DNA of 64,000 nucleotides, from assembly GCF_006345805.1 (NCBI RefSeq), contig NC_043004.1, forward strand, positions 46,872,001 through 46,936,000, written 5' to 3'. Under the pieces are notes generated by a model. That model did not search any database, was not told the origin of the DNA, and saw only the letters and a list, made by a program, of their open reading frames with translations. Position numbers and translations under genes: made by a program. The DNA comes from Octopus sinensis (lineage: Eukaryota). Below are positions 27,111-41,680 of the stretch, in pieces; the stretch's first letter is position 1; each line of letters opens with the position of its first letter.

Positions 27111-28570
27111 AAAACAACATTCATCTATGAATTTATTTATTAATTAATTTTTAAATACATATTTTACCTGTGAATTTGCGCGTGTAATCTGGGAATGCAT
27201 ACAATGAGCCTATCTGGCCTAGGTGTAGGCGAGAAATGGAAGAAAATTTGAAGAAAGAAGGAAGAAACATAATAATGCTAATAATAAGTCATAATGATGA
27301 TAATCTTTATACCGTCCATATATTTAAGATCTACAAAGTTAGATGTATAATTTATAATGATATAATTTATAATGATATAATCATCTTCAATATACAGTAT
27401 TTTGCCAATCACATTTGTATCATTTTCCTTCTTGCTTTTATTTAGCTTCGTAGAAGAAGATTGCTTGCTGCATTTACTTCTATATTTCTATCTTATTTCT
27501 ATCTTTATTTTCACGACATTTACTATTAATTTGAAACGTATCTAATATTCTATCATTTCCGGATATTTTATTATTATTTTGATTCTGGGTATAGCAAAAC
27601 TTAAAATTAATGCGCAGGTATAGTAATATTAATTGTATTTAAATGATTCCTCATTAGCCGAAAGTCACGATATACGAACAAATATATTGTTAATGATAGA
27701 ATTTATGATGTTTCGTGAATGATTAGTATTACTATTCATATGCCTTAAGCACTCATTTGGTTTATAGTTTCTGAGAGTTACTTTTGTATGTGTCCGTCTA
27801 CTGGAAATATTGCCTATGTTCACTTTGAATTTAAACAATTCTAGATTACCTTGAAAACGTTGAGTTAGCATGTATTTTTGGATTTATTAATTTCAAAGAT
27901 ATTTCCTGTCTTAATATATTAAGCAGAAACTATTGTCGACTTTATAGCGTGAATTCTACGTTTAAAGATGTGATTGGCTATGCGTTTTATTGTCCCTCTC
28001 TCATATATACATATATATTCACCCAAACACAGAGACATATACATGTATACGTGCGTGTAGTATGTTTTCGTGCCTTTCTGTTTGCACGTTTAGGAATGTG
28101 TATGTCTATTTCACCTTATGTCTTGCTGGTCTACGTACCATATCCAAAACTAAGTACTATTATAGTAGAAGACGATACTGAAACCCGACTGCATCCAGCT
28201 GACCGAAAGTAGAGACGAAGAATTGCCATGATTAATTCCCTTCAATCTATATTCGTTCATTATTATTCTGATATGATATCCTAACGGTAAAACCTTGAGG
28301 TAGAGCAGTATATTATTAAAGTCCACAATTCCTGCGCAGGAATTTGCATTTTAAATGCCTGTACAAGACGATGGATACAAAAAATAAGAAAGGCGTCAGA
28401 CACTTAATCAGCTGCTTATATAGTTTTGCTGATCGAGGGTAACAATGAAAACATAGCAATGAAAATCAAGAGAACCATCTGTAGAGTATTTCTCGTTGCA
28501 AACGATATATATATATATGTGTGGGTGTGTATTTGTGACTGAAGTGTATACGTATTGTAGATCTTATTAC

Positions 28571-28804
28571 TATTTCTTTACTACCCACAAGGGGCTAAAC
28601 ACAGAAGGGACAAACAAGGACAGACAAACGGATTAAGTAGATTACAATGACCCCCAGTGCGTAACTAGTAGTTATTTAATCGACCCAGAAAGGATGAAAG
28701 GCAAAGTTGACCTCGGCGGAATTTGAACTCAGAACGTAACGGCAGACAAAATACGGCTACCCATTTCGCCCGGCGTGCTAACGTTTCTCCCAGCTCACCG
28801 CCTT
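28571..28804 (-). mobile_element. SINE family S1
   Basis: Full S1 motif set. Confidence 0.9.
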
Positions 28805-30139
28805 TCTTCTTACCGTCATATACTGAAGGGTGTTATTCGTGGTATATATGAATTGATTGCGTCTGTGTATCCTATAGCTAGGTACACAATGATTACTATA
28901 AAGGGAGGTAATTTGTGCTACAGGGATACACCCCATTTTTGTTTTCTTCTATAGGCCTTCAATGTTTCACCAAAAATATCGAAAATTAGAGTAAACATCG
29001 GTATAAACAATTTCTAAAATAGTCTAAGGTTACGTTAATTTTATTCTTACTCTAGTTTTCTGTTTATCCTGAATCAGTGAAATTCAAAAGTAATACTATC
29101 TGAGCAGTTTTAGTTACAAGTTTCAAAGGATCTGCAAAATAATATGCAAGGATACATAATCTATTACATTATACAAAAGAGAAGCAAACAACTTTTCCTC
29201 AAACTCTATACATCAAATTTTCCCACAGTTATTCCTATTTTTGTAGAGGCGGCAAAAATGTTGAGGAGATATGTCTTAGATATTGCTTATATTAAAGTTA
29301 ACCAGCTCCATAAATATCTCCTGCAACTGTTACTCTTATTTATGTAGAAGAAAAAATGAAATCGTAGACTACCGAAAATTTGGTTTCCCCAAACATGAAG
29401 AAAGGTAATATTATCAGGATTTTTCCCCAGTAAAAAGTAAGTAATATAAGGATAACATATTTCGAAAGAGTATCAATTATCTTACGGATGCCTTTGCATA
29501 TATTACCTTTTTTATATTCAAACTGAATATTAGTAATAAAATATAGATATATGAACGTTTCATATATTGTCAAATTAAGTAAATGTTACTGTTATTTTTA
29601 ATCAAACTGTATTATATAACAAATAGTTTGTTATCGGAAGAAGAATCTAAAGTGATCTGTATTCTTATAAGATAACTCACATCATATGGGAAAATGCAAA
29701 AGCAAATAAATGTTATAAAGAATTTGTTTTTCCCGACACATTGCTACATGTTTTGAAATCTGTAATTGAAGGAATTTGAAAAACTTTGATTTAAAGTTAT
29801 TTTTGTGAAATATTTATGTATTGTTCTTAATTCTGTATTCTCCTGAGTTTCTATTACAAATAAACTTATTTTACGTTAGAGTCTCGATCTAAATAACCTG
29901 GTTGATAACACTGCTTATAAAGACTGAAAAATTTACAAAACATAATTGTATCAACTATTATATATGAACATAGTAGTTGCCTGCGTATTTCATTAAAAAA
30001 ATGATGTTAGAACGATATATCTTCTGAAGAATATGTAGTCAACGGAAATTGCCATGACTTAATGCGAATGTCACATGTTTACACATTGATTGAAATCAGT
30101 TTGAACATGGAAATACATGATTAACGTCTAACACGAGAT

Positions 30140-32520
30140 ACACTATTTCAATATTTTGTAAATACAAGTTCAAGTTAATACTAAGAAAGTGATACCTTAT
30201 GTCATATAAATCATTAGAAGAACGAGATAATTGGTTTGATGCTCACGACTGATCGTTGACCGATTCATAAAGATAGAAAATATTTAACATGCTCAAATGA
30301 AAATCAAAGCAACGTAATAATAATCTATAGTCTTCTCATCCAATTTCATTTGAAATACAATTTATTTTGAATAATCTAGTTTATGCATACTGGGAGAAAA
30401 TAAGCACTTCGTAAAAATATATGCATTTGATGACTTATTTCTATGAATGAATTCAGAAATAAAGGTAAAAAATTAACATTTACAGATATGGCGAGTAGCA
30501 ATATAATTTTAAACTATATAAAAGCTCTAATCAGAAAGAAAAAAAAAACATAAAGAAGCATGAGCAGAATTTAGGCTAGTTGAAATGTTTGTGACATATT
30601 TCAACTGCGAAAAGACAAATACATTGCAGCTACCGTGGAAAATAAATCTGTTATAGTAGATAGGTGTGAAAAAGACCGATTCCTTTAGTGTCGCCCTCTA
30701 TTAGGAATCTCAGACAGCGATTTTTCAAGCTATTTTGGCTCTTGTCAAAGCGATGTACCTCAGAGAGGCAACTCAATGAACTTAGAAAGCTATAGCTTTA
30801 TGTATAATCCGGTCAGTACATTGACTGATTTGCGCTAGTCGATCGCTCGATCGAGGTAAACAGCAATGTATTGATTAGATGATACATCAGGCTAGAGCTT
30901 TCTAAGTTTGTTCAGAGATGCCTCTCTTAGTTACCAAAATAGCTTGAGGCGTCAATGTCTGAGATTCCTAATAGAGAGTGACACTGAACGAACCGATATT
31001 TTCACACCCTTTTACCACAAGAAAGATTTATTCTCCGTGGTAACTACAGAGTATTTGCCTTTTAGCAATTGAAATGTCAGAAACTTTTCAACTAGCTTAC
31101 ATTCTACTCATACCTAAACAGTACTTCGCGCTAACGCTTCTCTTTTTAAAGAAGCATTTTTTTTTACACAAAGTACTTGCCAAACCAACATTTCACTAAA
31201 ACCGATTTGTGAACTGCTTTTGATGCCCTAAAACACGAATAAAACGTCTGATACAATAGAGTTCCGGTTTACTAAAAGCAACTAAAACATATTGGCTTGG
31301 AAGATATCAAGTTGTGATTTCATAATTTTTCATGTTTTGGCAGCAATTACCTATATATTACAAATTATATCATTGATAATTTCTAGATGGCAAATTTACT
31401 AATGTATTTTGCATCCGAATTGTGTACCAAAGTGCACCCTGAAAATGCATGTTATGGTTTTAGACGATGATATACCAAGATACAATTAAATATACGAACG
31501 TTTCAGTAGCCACATTTGGAATACTTTTTATGATCTTGTTACATCAGGTTTCACTTTATCCTGAATGACATTGTAGTCAGGTTATATAATTTCTGCAAAT
31601 TGAAACATTGCTTTGGTGTACTTATTGTTTTTTTTTATAACACTTTCTATCGAAAGTGTAATATGACTCTTTCGAGATACAGGGCCACCTTTCCAAACAA
31701 ACGATATCACATTTTTGTTATATGAAATGAATATTTCCACAATATCCTAATATAAGGCACAAAAAGAATAAATCTTTCTTGTGGTAAAAGGTGACAAGAA
31801 CCAAAATAGCTTGAAAAATCGCTGTCTGAGATTCCTAATAGAGAGTGACACTAAAGGCACCGGTCTTTTTCACACCTATTTACCAAAGGCACTGATCGGA
31901 TTATACATATTCAGAGATGCCAGACACAACAGAATATCCTAATATAAATTATATCATATACGAAAACTGTAGCCTTAATGGGTACAGTGTTCCAGTTGAA
32001 ATATTAATATTATTTGTTTCATTATCATTAACTATAAATCCAGTTCCCTGTTAATTATAATAATGTGCATGCTGGGTTTTCTGATTTATGTTTTGGAGTT
32101 TTATATCTTATATATTGAGTTACAACCATCATTCGATCTTCAGCAGCGCCGCTGTACTTTATGTTTATTCATTAAAATAAATTACCTATACACACTAGCA
32201 CAACACACACACACACACAAACGAAAACAAATGCATGTATTTTTCTAAAGTGTTTTTTTCCTCTCAGTATGCATAAACTAGATTTTCCAACATAAATTGT
32301 ATTTCAAATAAAATTGGATGTGAAGACTATAGATTATTGTTACGTTGTTTTGATTTTCTTTTGGGCATGTTAAATGTTTTCCATCTTTATGAGACGGTCA
32401 CTGATCAGCTGTGAGCATCAAACCACTTATCTCGTTCTACTAATGATTTATATGACAAGCTATCGCTTTCATATTATTAACTTGAAAGCTTTGTTACTTT
32501 TCTTATATTGAAAACCATAA
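30140..32520. repeat. Large degenerate foldback (arms ~30140-30650 and ~31950-32520)
   Basis: For example ctatagtcttctcatccaatttcatttgaaatacaattt (30.3 kb) versus aaattgtatttcaaataaaattggatgtgaagactatag (32.3 kb); similarity continues over hundreds of bp. Confidence 0.8.
30661..31008. mobile_element. Palindromic MITE-like element
   Basis: Inverted ends 30661-30738 and 30934-31008, plus internal inverted segments (gaacttagaaagctatagc / gctagagctttctaagtt). Confidence 0.6.
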
Positions 32521-33385
32521 GGAATTTGTTCATATGGCAATACTACTCGTCCACAGATTAATGTTCAGTTGTAGGAGACATATATTTCTTGAAATTATAA
32601 TGCAGATAAAGATCCCACACTATGCTCAATAAAACAAATAATATTTTACTTGTCATTAAGTTGCAGTGCACAAATGTGTATTATTGTCATTAAAAAAATT
32701 ACCTTTTTCTTTACATTTTCCAAAGTAACAGAAGCCCCTTAGGAGAAACCCATTTACATATTCGAGCAATATAGCATTCAAATCAATTTCCAATCACAAC
32801 CAATTCTTTAGGCAACGAAACGCAATAGTTGAAACGCGCACATATAGATTCTCACAAAGAGATAGAGTAGAAATGGTGGGCACGCGGCACATGATAGGTA
32901 AATATATATTATTTTAGGGCACCACATTGACCCATAAATAGTGACAATTCAAATAAGATTTTAACAAAATCTTAATTTGGTGAGTCTAGCGATGTTAATT
33001 TAAAGATAGGCTACAAAAGTAGTTTCAGTATATAGTTCAAGATCTCTGATAGTATGAATAAATGTAGCATGAATATACACGGGGCCGAACAATACACTTA
33101 CTACTTCGCCAACTAAATATATTACAATGAACTGTTTATATATTTATGTTGCGTGTTTACTATAGATGCGTATTATACACTTATGCTTTTACTGTTGATC
33201 ATAATGAAAGAATCTCAATGTGCATATGCATTTGCATTAAGCAAAATACACAGGCATAATGGATGTTGGTCAACATAAACAGTTACTGAAAATAGGTCGC
33301 TTACAACCTGTAAATGTATATATCACACTCATACATACACGCACACACATTCCATACATATATACATACATATATATATATATAA

Positions 33386-33458
<73 letters not shown>

Positions 33459-33565
33459 ATATATATAATATATATATATATACATACGTATATATATACA
33501 TATATATACATATATATATACATACATATATACATATATATACATATATATATATACATATATAC

Positions 33566-33597
<32 letters not shown>

Positions 33598-34179
33598 TCT
33601 ATCATATAAAGTGTATACAGATGAAATAGTGATATTTCTTCGGTTAAATTGTATTTGCACATCGCAGGAGATGCAATGTCAATATTGATAATCAAGTGAT
33701 TGCTTATCGATTTTTAGCAAAACGGCTGTCTAAAACTAAGACATCAGTATAAATAAGTTATATTTGTTAATCGAATATATTTTCTGTTTACAAGGCAGCT
33801 TCAAATGATGTCAAAAGTCACGTGTTTACTGAAGAACATGATACTATCAACTATTGGTTTGAAACATTAATTTCAAAGTGCAAACTTCACGCGTGTATGC
33901 TATGAAACAAAGTCAAATGTAAAAAGAATCAATTTCTGAAAATAATGTGACTTTAGACACTTGAAGAAGACACAGAAGTGTTTTAAGGTAATAAAACTAA
34001 TAACACACACACGCACACACACACATACACACACACACACTCACGCACACACACACCCACGCACACGCACACACAAATATATACAAACCTACACAAGCAT
34101 AAATGGATCGAAATGGCGGCCGTCAAGTACAGCGACACAATTACATGACTTACTTTGTTGTCTTCATTCTGGCAGTATG

Positions 34180-34318
34180 AAACATTTTGACCTACTTATT
34201 TATCGACGCCGAAAGCAAGAAATGCGAAGTCGACCTCGGTGGAATTCAAACACAGACAGACAAAATACTGCTAAAACAAATTTTCCGATGTCCTAACAAC
34301 TGTTCCAGAACGCCGTGT
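34180..34318 (-). mobile_element. SINE family S1, degraded
   Basis: atttatcgacgccgaaag...aagtcgacctcggtggaattcaaac. Confidence 0.6.
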
Positions 34319-34744
34319 TTATAATAATGACGCAGAACTTATAGTTTATGAGGTGTTAGATTTTGGCGTATTCCAGCGTGAGCCAGAAAAGAACTGAAAA
34401 TAAGATGTTTCAAAATAAAATATACATGATCATATTTTTGATACCATTCGCTTGTGCAATTTTTCATATAATGTATGGAAATGAATTCAAATCTAAAGAT
34501 GTTAAAAAGGGAACTGGCTAAGATTTCAAACTAAGTGAGCGGATCCATAAACTCAGGATGATGACGATAAGTGTCTTTCAGTTATAATGTAATAAATATT
34601 ATTCCTCGTTTACATTGTGTGTTCTTCAAATACATCAATTCTCAGTGAACCAACAGGATTATTTGCATATATATATGCATGTACGTATGTATGTATATAT
34701 ACATGCATACATACATAATACACACACACACCACACACACACAT

Positions 34745-34780
<36 letters not shown>

Positions 34781-35250
34781 TAGCTGTCTACAGGCCGCCT
34801 CTTGCCGACCCCCAGGACGATGCTCATTTACTCGAAGCGATAAGATTCGTTTCAGCTTCGCATGACTGTTTGGTACTAGGAGACTTCAACGCTCCCACGA
34901 TCGATTGGCCCGCATCAATTTGTACAACATCTTCCCGGTTCGGCCAGGCTCTCCTTGACGTGGCTGAAGATTGTTTTCTATCGCAACATGTTGAATATCC
35001 TACAAGGCATCGGTCTGGGCAGCAGCCATCTATGCTAGATCTGGTATTCTCCCGCTATCCAAGATCAGTGTCAGACGTATCTGTGTGCGCCCCTCTTGCC
35101 AAGAGTGATCATGCGGTCCTGAAGTTCGTCATGCACACAACTTTTTCTACGCCCACGACTACTTCGCTGCCACGTAGAGTCTTCTCTGCAATTAATCTTG
35201 AAATTCTAACCGAGGCTTCCGCGCTTCTGGACTGGACTCACCCAACAAGA
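34781..35250 (+). mobile_element. AP-endonuclease (APE) domain fragment of a CR1/L2-group LINE, open frame
   Basis: AVYRPP, LVLGDFNAPTIDW, LSQHVEYPTRHRSGQQPSMLDLVFS, SDH; no stop codons over ~155 codons; GC about 50% by eye. Confidence 0.9.
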
Positions 35251-35849
35251 ACTCACTACTTGAACAAAATTTGACTTAAACAAAACTTGACTTAAACAGG
35301 CTTCGAATAATCCTATCAGGTGGTGCTATTAAGTTAGACATGGTCTGGACCAATCTTTGGTCGAAACATATCTACGTTATTCTAAGTTATATATATAGGG
35401 TGTATATGTTTGTATTTCAATGATGTTTTAGTCTGTTTATCCATCTACGCCTAGTATTGCGCCTTATTCATATTACCCATGCAAATATATGCAAAATTCA
35501 CAAAGATATTGTCCTACGATGTCAGTACAAGTACAGGAAATAATTATTGGTATTTCCAATTCAGTTAATCACAGGCGTATTTCATGCGATTACGTCACTA
35601 ATAGTTATGTAATCAATGACCTTCTTTCATTAGGACCACATAATTCGTTTGTACTGAAACACAGACAGATGTATATGTTAAGGTCTGTTCCAAGAGACGG
35701 ATATAGACTCCATGTAGTATATCTTAACATCAAACAAATCATTTATATTTATAAGCATGATGGATCTGAACCATGTATTGTTACTTTTGAAATAACTGAA
35801 ATGATTTTCAAATTTCGGCAGATGTCCAGAAGGTTTGGGAGAAGGGGAA

Positions 35850-36015
35850 TGTGTTACTTTGGCGCTAGTACTTGTGTGGTACTTGTTTTTATCTTTGTCG
35901 AAAGAATAAAAATACTAATTCGACCTCGTCGACATTTGAACTCAGAATGTAAGACAGATGATATGCCGCAAAGCATTTTCTCCGGGGTACTAATATTTCT
36001 GTCAGCTCGCCGTCC
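35850..36015 (-). mobile_element. SINE family S1, degraded
   Basis: cgacctcgtcgacatttgaactcagaatg...agcattttctccgggg...cagctcgccgtc. Confidence 0.65.
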
Positions 36016-37219
36016 TCAAATGAAAGAATAGATATAACACCATAACATCTATCTTGCAAACACAACATATATTTGTAGGGGTAGACGCTTGTAAACGCGC
36101 GTGAGAATTGGGTCATATATTTATGTATGATTTCTCATACGTACATCTGCTAAGATATATAATGGAAACAGAACAATAAAATATTATTGAAGCTCGTTTC
36201 CTAATCATCCATTCAGGTCGTGGATGAGAACATGTTAATACATTAATAATTTCAGAACGGTTCTTTTCACTTGATAACAACATACAGACAATTCCAGTAA
36301 GTTTACCAAGAAGTGATTGAATAAATAGGTACATCATACAAAAAGTTCCTGAGAATGTAATTTTTCATAAACTTTATTGCAAAATATACATAAATGAGTT
36401 TCAATTTGGAAATTTATCAGAATTTACTGATTTTATTTGTTAATGCTACATTTTTCTTAACATTTATTTTTATTCTTTTAAACTCTTTGAAACTCTTCCG
36501 CTAGTAGAAGAAATGCATGGTGTTTATAGTCGCGAAAAAGGAAAAAAATCGAAGCGAAATTATACTTAAATATATAATATATAAAACTGAGTGGTAATAT
36601 GAATTTAGAAAGTACCCATCAACTCTATATATCTGAGATAATAGCAAATTCATTGACAATGAATTGCTGTCAAGTAAACAAAGACATTTCTGTCGATGAG
36701 ATATTAAATATTCAAATCTTTCTCAATTACTGATGTTCTTGTACATTTAAGGCATTTGAATGTGACTTCCGGAAGGAGGACTTTTCAGATAACTTTAGAA
36801 AATGAAATAATGACTTAATTTTACATTATGACACTCACCAGGAGAAAATCTTGCAATATTTGATTCCCTCCTCTCTTTATGTGTTTAAAGCGAGAGAAAG
36901 ATAGAGAGATAAAAAAGAAGTCTTTAGACGGGAAAATTTACAAAGAAAAACAATAAGAAGAATTGAAGTGAATTAAAAATGTATCAATGTTAAAATATAA
37001 TCACATCTTTTATGAGTCATTTCACAATCCAACAAAGAAGTAATAATTAAATAAACTGTCCAAAGTCTTTTCCGGTAGTGAGTGAACTGTTTCGTTAAGG
37101 ATACGGAACGAGATTGAGCGGAACACAAACAGACAAAAGTGCCTTCCTTCCACTCTAACGGCACACATGCAGATACACATTAAAATTCATACACATGTAC
37201 ATAAATATATATAGAGAGA

Positions 37220-37288
<69 letters not shown>

Positions 37289-37399
37289 CATGCATACATG
37301 TAAATGTATATATATAATGTAACAGACTCATAGATGATTAAACGAAATATATATATCCAAACACACTTTATGCGTGTGTGTTCCCATATTTTTCAACTG

Positions 37400-37685
37400 A
37401 TTTTCTCCAAACTGGGAACATGCATCACTTACGTTACATGGATGGTTTTATACTCTTAAACATTTTCACATAATGAGTATCGGGCCCCATGTGTTCGACT
37501 CTGTCCAACGCTTTACTGAAGTCATCAGATTTCAAACCTGAATCCAAGTCGTTAAGGACATCATTGATGTTAGACAGCCCCTGTCTATCAGTATATAACC
37601 TGAGTCTAAAGACTCCAGAGATGTGTTAGAGGGATTGCAAGTTGGTGTCTACATTCCTTCAGGATACTACATCGTAAGATTAAAC
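37400..37685 (-). mobile_element. CR1-like reverse transcriptase remnant with internal deletions
   Basis: ILKECRHQLAIPLTHLW and INDVLNDLDSG...DFSKALDRVEH (compare DFSKAFDRV.H). Confidence 0.7.
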
Positions 37686-37834
37686 TGTTGAAATCTCTTT
37701 ATATATATATATGACTACTGGAGTATATATGTAAATAAATCTATTTAAAGACAACTACATAGATTTTAAATTCATGTTTGCATTGAACACCTACTCCAAA
37801 TTCTCCTATCTATCTATCTATCTATCTATCTATC

Positions 37835-37891
<57 letters not shown>

Positions 37892-38084
37892 TTAACTATT
37901 CTACCTATCTCTCCCTTCCTTTCTTTCTCTCGCTCTCTTTCTCTCGTACAGGAAGCCACACATGGACGGAAAGGATCGCTGGAGGGGTGACAGGTATATG
38001 ACGAAAGCTTTCCTGTTAATGGTTATAACGTAAAATATGAACAATAATAAGCGAGTGAAAAGGAATAATGGTGCGTGTGTTTAT

Positions 38085-38295
38085 TTTATTCTTTCATTCT
38101 TTAATTGTTTCAGTCATTTGACATTGGCTGTGGTAGAGCACCGTCACTAGTTGAACAAATCGACCCCAGGACTTATTCTTTGTAAATGTAGTACTTATTA
38201 TATCGGCCTCTTCTGCCGAACCGATTTCGGGGACGTAAACTAGGCTACATCAGTTGGTGGAAAGCACATAGACACGTACCCACACATACACTCAC

Positions 38296-38330
<35 letters not shown>

Positions 38331-38354
38331 CATACATATATATTATATATATAT

Positions 38355-38402
<48 letters not shown>

Positions 38403-38553
38403 ATATGATGGACTTCTTCCAGTTCCCTACAAATCCATACACAAGGCTTTGGTAGGCCCGAGGCTATAGAACACACATGACCAAGGTGCTACGCAGAGGG
38501 GCCGAACCCGGAAACGTGGTTGGGGAGCAAGCTACTTACTACACAGCCACTAC
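38085..38553 (-). mobile_element. CORE-type SINE (S2) with expanded internal microsatellite
   Basis: S2 head and tail flanking (CA)n(AT)n. Confidence 0.8.
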
Positions 38554-39030
38554 TATTTGTAAAAAAAATGAAACATGTCAATCCCGAAATATAACAAGGT
38601 AAATGTGTTGTGGGTTTCTATATATTAATTACCTTGTATTGGTTAAATTCCTGAATTTAACGACGAATATGCGAAAGGTATATTGCAATCATACGATCGA
38701 TATTCCAAGCGGCTTGTAGCTTTCGTTAATGAATTTAAATTAAATGTTTCAATTATGTACGAGTGTATATGTCATGAATCTACTTCGATTTCTGTGACAC
38801 ACGCAGATATCATAAGAATTTATCTCTTTCGTTATAGCCTAAAGAATCCAGTCTTCAAGATTTACTGTGTCAACAGATAATTCCAGAGAAAGAAATACTT
38901 TCTAAAACGAGTCGACAAAAGTTAACGATTTCACATGCTCCATTGTATAGCACAGGAATGTATATCACCGTAGGCTTTTTGTACTTTTAAACTTTAAAAT
39001 TCGCCTACTTCATTTGGAAATGACAACGGA

Positions 39031-39126
<96 letters not shown>

Positions 39127-40072
39127 GATAGATAGATAGATAGATAGATGATAGATAGATAGATAGATAGATAGAAGGATAGATAGATAGATAGATAGAT
39201 AATATTATATTACATTAATATACATTCTGATGTTTAAAATAGATTTTTTATCTTCAACTTTAGTCAGAAAAAATATAATTGACTTTTCTATAAATATTTG
39301 AAAAGATTCATTGGAGTGATTATATTTGCTTCTTCAAATTTACCTCTTCTAGAGAAAGTAGCAACTGATTGAGACAATAGCATATGATGCTCGCTATACT
39401 ATAACTGTTTTTTAACATTTCCTTCTTTCCAAAGTTTTGTTGCGTATTCTGTACAAAAAAAGTTGAATTCTGTGAGACAGATATGTACTTAGCAATCCAG
39501 ACTGTTGGCTTTTTAATGTGTTAGCTGTGTAATTCTTGTAATATATCCAGATTAAGTTAAGCAAATGTTTATCACATTTATATTATTTATATTGCAATTG
39601 AATTATGAAACACACCGGTTATGTAACTGGATAGGAAATATTGGAAGCTAAATCATTTGATAATATTAAATTTTTGACTTGATTTGTCTGAGATGCACCA
39701 AATCTGGATTCTTTAGATTCAACCTATTATGTCGCTTATGCCTTAGAACCGAGTTTTGGACAAATGTAGATTGGTGGAAATATCAATAGGAAATAATAGC
39801 AAGTGTAAAATATTAACAATCATGCATTTCTGCCTTCATTAGAGGAACAGTGGCTATAAGAAGATTTAAAATTCTGCAGATATGTACCTTCAAAACACGG
39901 TAAATATTGATATCTTGAAAATGGGAAATCAACTAAAAATTGAATGTTGCATATTTTATCTTATTGTGTTTGTGTACATGTATAGAAAAGAAAGAGTGTC
40001 TGTGTTTATCGGAAATGTTTCCTTCTTCCTCTGATAACTTTGTAAATTAATTTCTACAGAAAAATAAACTAG

Positions 40073-40491
40073 TAGGCGCAGGAGTGGCTGTGTGGTAAGT
40101 AGCTTTGTTTACCAGCCACGTGGTTCCGTGTTCAGTCCCACTGCGTGGCACCTTGGGCAAGTGTCTTCTACTATAGCCTCGGGCCGACCAAAGCCTTGTG
40201 AGTGGATTTGGCAGACGGAAACTGAAAGAAGCCCGTCGTATATATGCATAGATATGTTTATGCGTGTGTGTGTTTGTGTATCTGTGTTTGTCCTCCTAGC
40301 ATTGCTTGACAACCGATGCTGGTTTGTTTATATCCCCGTTACTAGCGGTTCGGCAAAAGAGACCGATAGAATAAGTACTGGGCTTACAAAAGAATAAGTC
40401 CCGGGATCGAGTTACTCGATTAAAGGCGGTGCTCCGGCATGGCCGCAGTCAAATGACTGAAACAAGTAAAAGAGTAAAAGAGTAAAAGAGT
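40073..40491 (+). mobile_element. CORE-type SINE (S2), full length
   Basis: GGCGCAGGAGTGGCTGTGTGGTAAG...GGCACCTTGGGCAAGTG...(AGTAAAAG)3. Confidence 0.9.
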
Positions 40492-41448
40492 AGTATTTGG
40501 AGCTAACGCGAGTGCCTCTCTTCGGCCGCTAAACATCCAATAAATCACAGAGTAACCTCTTCAAAACTCTCAATTGGGATATTTTGTGGTTTGAAACTAG
40601 AATATATGTATTTATTTGAAAATGATTTTTGTCCTTATGTAGTCTCATGCCCGGTCTGCACTGATAAATGACTAACAAGCCACAGCAAAGCTTAACATGA
40701 TAAGTGAATGACTGTTCCAACTACAGTAGTATTCGTGTTACAAAATAATATGCTATCGCAAATCATTTTGGCTTAATAAAATATCACATATATCAGATGA
40801 AACTTTAGTTGCTATAAAACAATATCACTATACCATACAAAAATCAAATTCCCCATCATAACAAAGTTAATTATTATTCAAATGCAGCCGTCCTCCGGAA
40901 TTTAGGAAACCTGGAAACACAAACTTTATCTCTCACCGTTCCCGTCTTCTAAGAACCAAAAAAAAATCATCCAGGACAGACTACAGTAACATGGAATTTT
41001 CCTTCTTCCTGGAAGATAAAACACGTCGCCTGGTCCAAGATACAAACTTGCTAACTAGTTGTTGTGAGTCCAGCAGCAGTGTTTTATTTACGATTCTCCG
41101 ATCACAGTGTATGTTCATCATCCATGGATTCGCAAGAATAAGAGATTCCAAAATCTATATCTGCTTCAAACTTGCATTATATTTCATTTGTAGCTCCTTT
41201 CAATTCAGTATCGCATGATAAAAGATTCTAAGCGGAATAGAAACGGTTGCATGCAAACCGGATGGAAATTTATATTCACAGTTGAACGATGAAATATTTA
41301 CATACATTTGGAATTCTACATGATATCATGATACATTCAAATAATCTATGCAATTTGTATAAGGGAGAAATTATTTCATAAATAGACTGGAATACCGTAC
41401 TAATTTGTATATGTTTTCAGGCATATTTTTTCCGTAATGTGCACCGTT

Positions 41449-41680
41449 AGGGCGGCGAGCTGGCAGAAATGTTAGCACACCGGACGAAATGCGTAGCCGT
41501 ATTTCGTCTGCCGTTACATTCTGAGTTCAAATTCCGCCGAGGTCGACTTTGCCTTTCATCCTTTCTAGGTCGATTAAATAAGTACCAGTTACGCACTGGG
41601 GTCGATATAATCGACTTGATCCGTTTGTTTGTCCTTGTTTGTCCTCTCTGCGTTTAGCCCCTTGTGGGTAGTAAAGAAAT
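41449..41680 (+). mobile_element. SINE family S1, full length
   Basis: GGCGGCGAGCTGGCAGAA...GTAGTAAAGAAAT. Confidence 0.9.
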
